Source: Macrostomum lignano (taxonomy: Eukaryota). Taken from it: 31,889 nucleotides of DNA. The stretch spans positions 1-31,889 of the forward strand of contig NIVC01002091.1 in NCBI GenBank assembly GCA_002269645.1, in the 5' to 3' direction. Positions 24,630-31,889 of this stretch are shown one piece after another. The notes below the pieces were generated by a model. It was not told where the DNA came from, made no database searches, and saw only the letters and a program-made list of their open reading frames with translations. A program made the translations under genes and the position numbers. The stretch's first letter is position 1; every line of letters starts with the position of its first letter.

Positions 24630-27600
24630 ATCCTCCCTGAGAATCACTCCTGATCCTCCCTGAGAATCACTCCTGATCCTCCCTGACAATCACTCCTGAT
24701 CCTCCCTATCCTCCCTGAGAATCACTCCTGATCCTCCCTGAGAATCACTCCTGATCCTCCCTGAGAATCACTCCTGATCCTCCCTGAGAATCACTCCTGA
24801 TCCTCCCTGAGAATCACTCCTGATCCTCCCTGACAATCACTCCTGATCCTCCCTGACAATCACTCCTGATCCTCCCTGAGAATCACTCCTGATCCTCCCT
24901 GAGAATCACTCCTGATCCTCCCTGACAATCACTCCTGATCCTCCCTGACAATCACTCCTGATCCTCCCTGAGAATCACTCCTGATCCTCCCTGAGAATCA
25001 CTCCTGATCCTCCCTGACAATCACTCCTGATCCTCCCTGACAATCACTCCTGATCCTCCCTGAATCACTCCTGATCCTCCCTAGAATCACTCCTGATCCT
25101 CCCTGACAATCACTCCTGATCCTCCCTAGAATCACTCCTGATCCTCCCTGAGAATCACTCCTCATCCTCCCTGAGAATCACTCCTGATCCTCCCTGAGAA
25201 TCACTCCTGATCCTCCCTGACAATCACTCCTGATCCTCCCTGAGAATCACTCCTGATCCTCCCTGACAATCACTCCTGATCCTCCCTGAGAATCACTCCT
25301 GATCCTCCCTGACAATCACTCCTCATCCTCCCTGAGAATCACTCCTGATCCTCCCTGAGAATCACTCCTGATCCTCCCTGAGAATCACTCCTGATCCTCC
25401 CTGAGAATCACTCCTGATCCTCCCTGACAATCACTCCTGATCCTCCCTGAGAATCACTCCTGATCCTCCCTGAGAATCACTCCTGATCCTCCCTGTGAAT
25501 CACTCCTGATCGTCCCTGAGAATCACTCCTGATCCTCCCTGAGAATCACTCCTGATCCTCCCTATCCTCCCTGAGAATCACTCCTGATCCTCCCTATCCT
25601 CCCTGAGAATCACTCCTGATCCTCCCTGAGAATCACTCCTGATCCTCCCTGAGAATCACTCCTGATCCTCCCTATCCTCCCTGAGAATCACTCCTGATCC
25701 TCCCTGAGAATCACTCCTGATCCTCCCTGACAATCACTCCTGATCCTCCCTATCCTCCCTGAGAATCACTCCTGATCCTCCCTGAGAATCACTCCTGATC
25801 CTCCCTGAGAATCACTCCTGATCCTCCCTGACAATCACTCCTGATCCTCCTATCCTCCCTGAGAATCACTCCTGATCCTCCCTGAGAATCACTCCTGATC
25901 CTCCCTGACAATCACTCCTGATCCTCCCTGAGAATCACTCCTGATCCTCCCTGACAATCACTCCTGATCCTCCCTGAGAATCACTCCTGATCCTCCCTGA
26001 CAATCACTCCTGATCCTCCCTGAGAATCACTCCTGATCCTCCCTGAGAATCACTCCTGATCCTCCCTGAGAATCACTCCTGATCCTCCCTGAATCACTCC
26101 TGATCCTCCCTGACAATCACTCCTGATCCTCCCTAGAATCACTCCTGATCCTCCCTGACAATCACTCCTGATCCTCCCTGAGAATCACTCCTGATCCTCC
26201 CTGACAATCACTCCTGATCCTCCCTGAGAATCACTCCTGATCCTCCCTGAGAATCACTCCTGATCCTCCCTGACAATCACTCCTGATCCTCCCTGAGAAT
26301 CACTCCTGATCCTCCCTGACAATCACTCCTGATCCTCCCTGAGAATCACTCCTGATCCTCCCTGACAATCACTCCTGATCCTCCCTGAGAATCACTCCTG
26401 ATCCTCCCTGAGAATCACTCCTGATCCTCCCTGACAATCACTCCTGATCCTCCCTGAGAATCACTCCTGATCCTCCCTGACAATCACTCCTGATCCTCCC
26501 TGAGAATCACTCCTGATCCTCCCTGAGAATCACTCCTGATCCTCCCTGAGAATCACTCCTGATCCTCCCTGAGAATCACTCCTGATCCTCCCTGAGAATC
26601 ACTCCTGATCCTCCCTATCCTCCCTGAGAATCACTCCTGATCCTCCCTGAGAATCACTCCTGATCCTCCCTGACAATCACTCCTGATCCTCCTATCCTCC
26701 CTGAGAATCACTCCTGATCCTCCCTGAGAATCACTCCTGATCCTCCCTGAGAATCACTCCTGATCCTCCCTGAGAATCACTCCTGATCCTCCCTGAGAAT
26801 CACTCCTGATCCTCCCTGAGAATCACTCCTGATCCTCCCTGACAATCACTCCTGATCCTCCCTAGAATCACTCCTGATCCTCCCTGAGAATCACTCCTGA
26901 TCCTCCCTGACAATCACTCCTGATCCTCCCTGACAATCACTCCTGATCCTCCCTGAGAATCACTCCTGATCCTCCCTGAAATCACTCCTGATCCTCCCTG
27001 AGAATCACTCCTGATCCTCCCTGACAATCACTCCTGATCCTCCCTGACAATCACTCCTGATCCTCCCTAGAATCACTCCTGATCCTCCCTGACAATCACT
27101 CCTGATCCTCCCTTAGAATCACTCCTGATCCTCCCTGAGCAATCACTCCTGATCCTCCCCTGAGAATCACTCCTGATCCTCCCTGAGAATCACTCCTGAT
27201 CCTCCCTGACAATCACTCCTGATCCTCCCTGAGAATCACTCCTGATCCTCCCTGACAATCACTCCTGATCCTCCCTGAGAATCACTCCTGATCCTCCCTG
27301 ACAATCACTCCTGATCCTCCCTGAGAATCACTCCTGATCCTCCCTGAGAATCACTCCTGATCCTCCCTGAGAATCACTCCTGATCCTCCCTGAGAATCAC
27401 TCCTGATCCTCCCTGAGAATCACTCCTGATCCTCCCTGAGAATCACTCCTGATCCTCCCTGAGAATCACTCCTGATCCTCCCTGAGAATCACTCCTGATC
27501 CTCCCTGAGAATCACTCCTGATCCTCCCTGAGAATCACTCCTGATCCTCCTATCCTCCCTGAGAATCACTCCTGATCCTCCTATCCTCCCTGAGAATCAC

Positions 27601-30600
27601 TCCTGATCCTCCCTGAGAATCACTCCTGATCCTCCCTGACAATCACTCCTGATCCTCCCTATCCTCCCTGAGAATCACTCCTGATCCTCCCTGAGAATCA
27701 CTCCTGATCCTCCCTGACAATCACTCCTGATCCTCCTATCCTCCCTGAGAATCACTCCTGATCCTCCCTGAGAATCACTCCTGATCCTCCCTGAGAATCA
27801 CTCCTGATCCTCCCTGACAATCACTCCTGATCCTCCCTATCCTCCCTAGAATCACTCCTGATCCTCCCTGAGAATCACTCCTGATCCTCCCTGACAATCA
27901 CTCCTGATCCTCCCTGAGAATCACTCCTGATCCTCCCTGACAATCACTCCTGATCCTCCCTGAGAATCACTCCTGATCCTCCCTGAGAATCACTCCTGAT
28001 CCTCCCTGAATCACTCCTGATCCTCCCTGAGAATCACTCCTGATCCTCCCTGAGAATCACTCCTGATCCTCCCTGACAATCACTCCTGATCCTCCCTATC
28101 CTCCCTGAGAATCACTCCTGATCCTCCCTGAGAATCACTCCTGATCCTCCCTGACAATCACTCCTGATCCTCCTATCCTCCCTGAGAATCACTCCTGATC
28201 CTCCCTGAGAATCACTCCTGATCCTCCCTGACAATCACTCCTGATCCTCCCTATCCTCCCTGAGAATCACTCCTGATCCTCCCTGAGAATCACTCCTGAT
28301 CCTCCCTGAGAATCACTCCTGATCCTCCCTGACAATCACTCCTGATCCTCCCTATCCTCCCTGAGAATCACTCCTGATCCTCCCTGAGAATCACTCCTGA
28401 TCCTCCCTGACAATCACTCCTGATCCTCCCTAGAATCACTCCTGATCCTCCCTGAGAATCACTCCTGATCCTCCCTGAATCACTCCTGATCCTCCCTGAC
28501 AATCACTCCTGATCCTCCCTGAGAATCACTCCTGATCCTCCCTGACAATCACTCCTGATCCTCCTGAGAATCACTCCTGATCCTCCCTGAGAATCACTCC
28601 TGATCCTCCCTGACAATCACTCCTGATCCTCCCTAGAATCACTCCTGATCCTCCCTGACAATCACTCCTGATCCTCCCTTAGAATCACTCCTGATCCTCC
28701 CTGAGAATCACTCCTGATCCTCCCTGAGAATCACTCCTGATCCTCCCTGAGAATCACTCCTGATCCTCCCTGACAATCACTCCTGATCCTCCCTGAGAAT
28801 CACTCCTGATCCTCCCTGACAATCACTCCTGATCCTCCCTGAGAATCACTCCTGATCCTCCCTGACAATCACTCCTGATCCTCCCTGAGAATCACTCCTG
28901 ATCCTCCCTGAGAATCACTCCTGATCCTCCCTGACAATCACTCCTGATCCTCCCTGAGAATCACTCCTGATCCTCCCTGTGAATCACTCCTGATCGTCCC
29001 TGAGAATCACTCCTGATCCTCCCTGAGAATCACTCCTGATCCTCCCTATCCTCCCTGAGAATCACTCCTGATCCTCCCTGAGAATCACTCCTGATCCTCC
29101 CTGACAATCACTCCTGATCCTCCCTATCCTCCCTGAGAATCACTCCTGATCCTCCCTGAGAATCACTCCTGATCCTCCCTGACAATCACTCCTGATCCTC
29201 CCTATCCTCCCTGAGAATCACTCCTGATCCTCCCTGAGAATCACTCCTGATCCTCCCTGACAATCACTCCTGATCCTCCCTGACAATCACTCCTGATCCT
29301 CCCTGACAATCACTCCTGATCCTCCCTAGAATCACTCCTGATCCTCCTGAGAATCACTCCTGATCCTCCCTGACAATCACTCCTGATCCTCCCTGACAAT
29401 CACTCCTGATCCTCCCTGAGAATCACTCCTGATCCTCCCTGAGAATCACTCCTGATCCTCCCTGAGAATCACTCCTGATCCTCCCTGACAATCACTCCTG
29501 ATCCTCCCTGACAATCACTCCTGATCCTCCCTTGAATCACTCCTGATCCTCCCTGACAATCACTCTGATCCTCCCTAGAATCACTCCTGATCCTCCCTGA
29601 GCAATCACTCCTCATCCTCCCTGAGAATCACTCCTGATCCTCCCTGACAATCACTCCTGATCCTCCCTGACAATCACTACTGATCCTCCCTTAGAATCAC
29701 TCCTGATCCTCCCTGACAATCACTCCTGATCCTCCCTGAGAATCACTCCTGATCCTCCCTGACAATCACTCCTGATCCTCCTGAAATCACTCCTGATCCT
29801 CCCTGAGAATCACTCCTGATCCTCCCTGACAATCACTCCTGATCCTCCCTGAGAATCACTCCTGATCCTCCCTGACAATCACTCCTGATCCTCCCTGAGA
29901 ATCACTCCTGATCCTCCCTGACAATCACTCCTCATCCTCCCTGAGAATCACTCCTGATCCTCCCTGAGAATCACTCCTGATCCTCCCTGACAATCACTCC
30001 TGATCCTCCCTGAGAATCACTCCTGATCCTCCCTGACAATCACTCCTGATCCTCCCTGAGAATCACTCCTGATCCTCCCTGAGAATCACTCCTGATCCTC
30101 CCTGAGAATCACTCCTGATCCTCCCTGAGAATCACTCCTGATCCTCCCTGAGAATCACTCCTGATCCTCCCTATCCTCCCTGAGAATCACTCCTGATCCT
30201 CCCTATCCTCCCTGAGAATCACTCCTGATCCTCCCTGAGAATCACTCCTGATCCTCCCTGACAATCACTCCTGATCCTCCCTATCCTCCCTGAGAATCAC
30301 TCCTGATCCTCCCTGAGAATCACTCCTGATCCTCCCTGACAATCACTCCTGATCCTCCCTATCCTCCCTGAGAATCACTCCTGATCCTCCCTGAGAATCA
30401 CTCCTGATCCTCCCTGACAATCACTCCTGATCCTCCCTATCCTCCCTTAGAATCACTCCTGATCCTCCCTGAGAATCACTCCTGATCCTCCCTGACAATC
30501 ACTCCTGATCCTCCCTGAGAATCACTCCTGATCCTCCCTGAGAATCACTCCTGATCCTCCCTGACAATCACTCCTGATCCTCCCTGACAATCACTCCTGA

Positions 30601-31889
30601 TCCTCCCTGAGAATCACTCCTGATCCTCCCTGACAATCACTCCTGATCCTCCCTGAGAATCACTCCTGATCCTCCCTGACAATCACTCCTGATCCTCCCT
30701 GACAATCACTCTGATCCTCCCTAGAATCACTCCTGATCCTCCCTGACAATCACTCCTGATCCTCCCTGAGAATCACTCCTGATCCTCCCTGAGAATCACT
30801 CCTGATCCTCCCTGAGAATCACTCCTGATCCTCCCTGAGAATCACTCCTGATCCTCCCTGACAATCGCTCCTGATCCTCCCTGAGAATCACTCCTGATCC
30901 TCCCTGACAATCACTCCTGATCCTCCCTGAGAATCACTCCTGATCCTCCCTGACAATCACTCCTCATCCTCCCTGAGAATCACTCCTGATCCTCCCTGAG
31001 AATCACTCCTGATCCTCCCTGACAATCACTCCTGATCCTCCCTGAGAATCACTCCTGATCCTCCCTGACAATCACTCCTGATCCCCTGAGAATCACTCCT
31101 GATCCTCCCTGAGAATCACTCCTGATCCTCCCTGTGAATCACTCCTGATCCTCCCTGAGAATCACTCCTGATCCTCCCTGAGAATCACTCCTGATCCTCC
31201 CTATCCTCCCTGAGAATCACTCCTGATCCTCCCTGAGAATCACTCCTGATCCTCCCTGACAATCACTCCTGATCCTCCTATCCTCCTGAGAATCACTCCT
31301 GATCCTCCCTGAGAATCACTCCTGATCCTCCCTGAGAATCACTCCTGATCCTCCCTGAGAATCACTCCTGATCCTCCCTGACAATCACTCCTGATCCTCC
31401 CTGAGAATCACTTCCTGATCCTCCCTGACAATCACTCCTGATCCTCCCTAGGAATCACTCCTATCCTCCTGAGAATCACTCCTGATCCTCCCTGAATCAC
31501 TCCTGATCCTCCCTGACAATCACTCCTCATCCTCCCTGAGAATCACTCCTGATCCTCCCTGAGAATCACTCCTGATCCTCCCTGAGAATCACTCCTGATC
31601 CTCCCTGACAATCACTCCTGATCCTCCCTGACAATCACTACTGATCCTCCCTTAGAATCACTCCTGATCCTCCCTGACAATCACTACTGATCCTCCCTTA
31701 GAATCACTCCTGATCCTTTGACATCACTCCTCATCCTCCTCTGAGAATCACTCCTGATCCTCCCTGAGAATCACTCTGATCCTCCCTGAGAATCACTCCT
31801 GATCCTCCCTGAGAATCACTCCTGATCCTCCCTGACAATCACTCCTTGATCCTCCCTGAGAATCACTCCTGATCCTCCCTGACAATCAC

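Larger units (their letters stand above)
1..31889. repeat. 23-bp tandem satellite/minisatellite array, consensus GA(G/C)AATCACTCCTGATCCTCCCT, about 1,340 monomers, one orientation throughout
   Basis: Read directly: monomers start at 20, 43, 66, 89, 112, 135 (23-bp steps) and continue to the last base. No unique spacer or inversion seen. There are two major alleles (GAG vs GAC at monomer position 3), about 110 9-bp ATCCTCCCT insertions, and rare substitution/indel alleles. Confidence 0.99.

Noticed and set aside
1-31889. CRISPR array (23-bp, partly palindromic repeat)
   Set aside because: The repeats abut directly, with no unique spacers, leader or cas genes.
1-31889. Giant repeat protein under TGA readthrough (codes 4/25)
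   Set aside because: The consensus lacks TAA/TAG, so it would be open, but 21/22/24-bp monomers and TAG-creating I and D junctions on - break frames repeatedly. Both strands are equally open, and variation is confined to a few sites with no codon-position pattern.
1-31889. G-quadruplex, i-motif or H-DNA array
   Set aside because: There is only one GGG per 23 bp (about 20-nt loops) plus GG pairs, and the purine tracts are under 10 nt. This is weak at best and not supportable without experiment.
1-31889. Known telomere motif (TCAGG of tenebrionid beetles is embedded on -)
   Set aside because: A single pentamer within a 23-mer is expected by chance. There is no run of TCAGG, TTAGG or TTAGGG, and the unit matches no telomeric repeat I recognise.
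1-31889. Fragments of 16S rRNA 3' ends
   Set aside because: The similarity is only 9-10 nt with a gap, and no other rRNA sequence is present.
1-31889. Synthetic DNA data storage or an engineered operator array
   Set aside because: There are no adapters, vector or index sequence. The nested duplications and lineage-restricted alleles look like natural turnover, although an amplification artefact cannot be excluded.

Overview
The whole 31,889-bp window is one uninterrupted, single-polarity tandem array of a 23-bp monomer, GA(G/C)AATCACTCCTGATCCTCCCT. It holds about 1,340 copies by my estimate. The consensus is about 52% GC, C-rich on + and G/purine-rich on -. I see no unique DNA, gene, RNA gene, transposon or CRISPR spacer. 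The only called ORF (7528-7710, -) is a translation of the repeat. The information lies in the order of monomer variants. Notation: G = GAGAATCACTCCTGATCCTCCCT; C = GACAATC...; T = GTGAATC... (T* also has GATCGTCCCT); Ta = TAGAATC...; D = AGAATC... (22 bp); D2 = GAATC... (21 bp); Ca = GACAATCACTACT...; a prime marks the CTCCTCATCC allele; I = extra 9-bp ATCCTCCCT between monomers. Parsed by eye, the array is nested: 10-13-bp half-units, the 23-bp monomer, 46-bp dimers, a 78-bp I-G-G-C unit, a 331-bp module, a 21-monomer core giving a loose ~1-kb higher-order repeat, and one near-exact 999-bp tandem duplication. The start and end also match at an offset of 31,288 bp. The most likely identity is eukaryotic satellite, minisatellite or telomere-associated DNA, possibly from a long read or collapsed contig. 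The organism cannot be determined from the sequence. All counts are manual and need computational confirmation.
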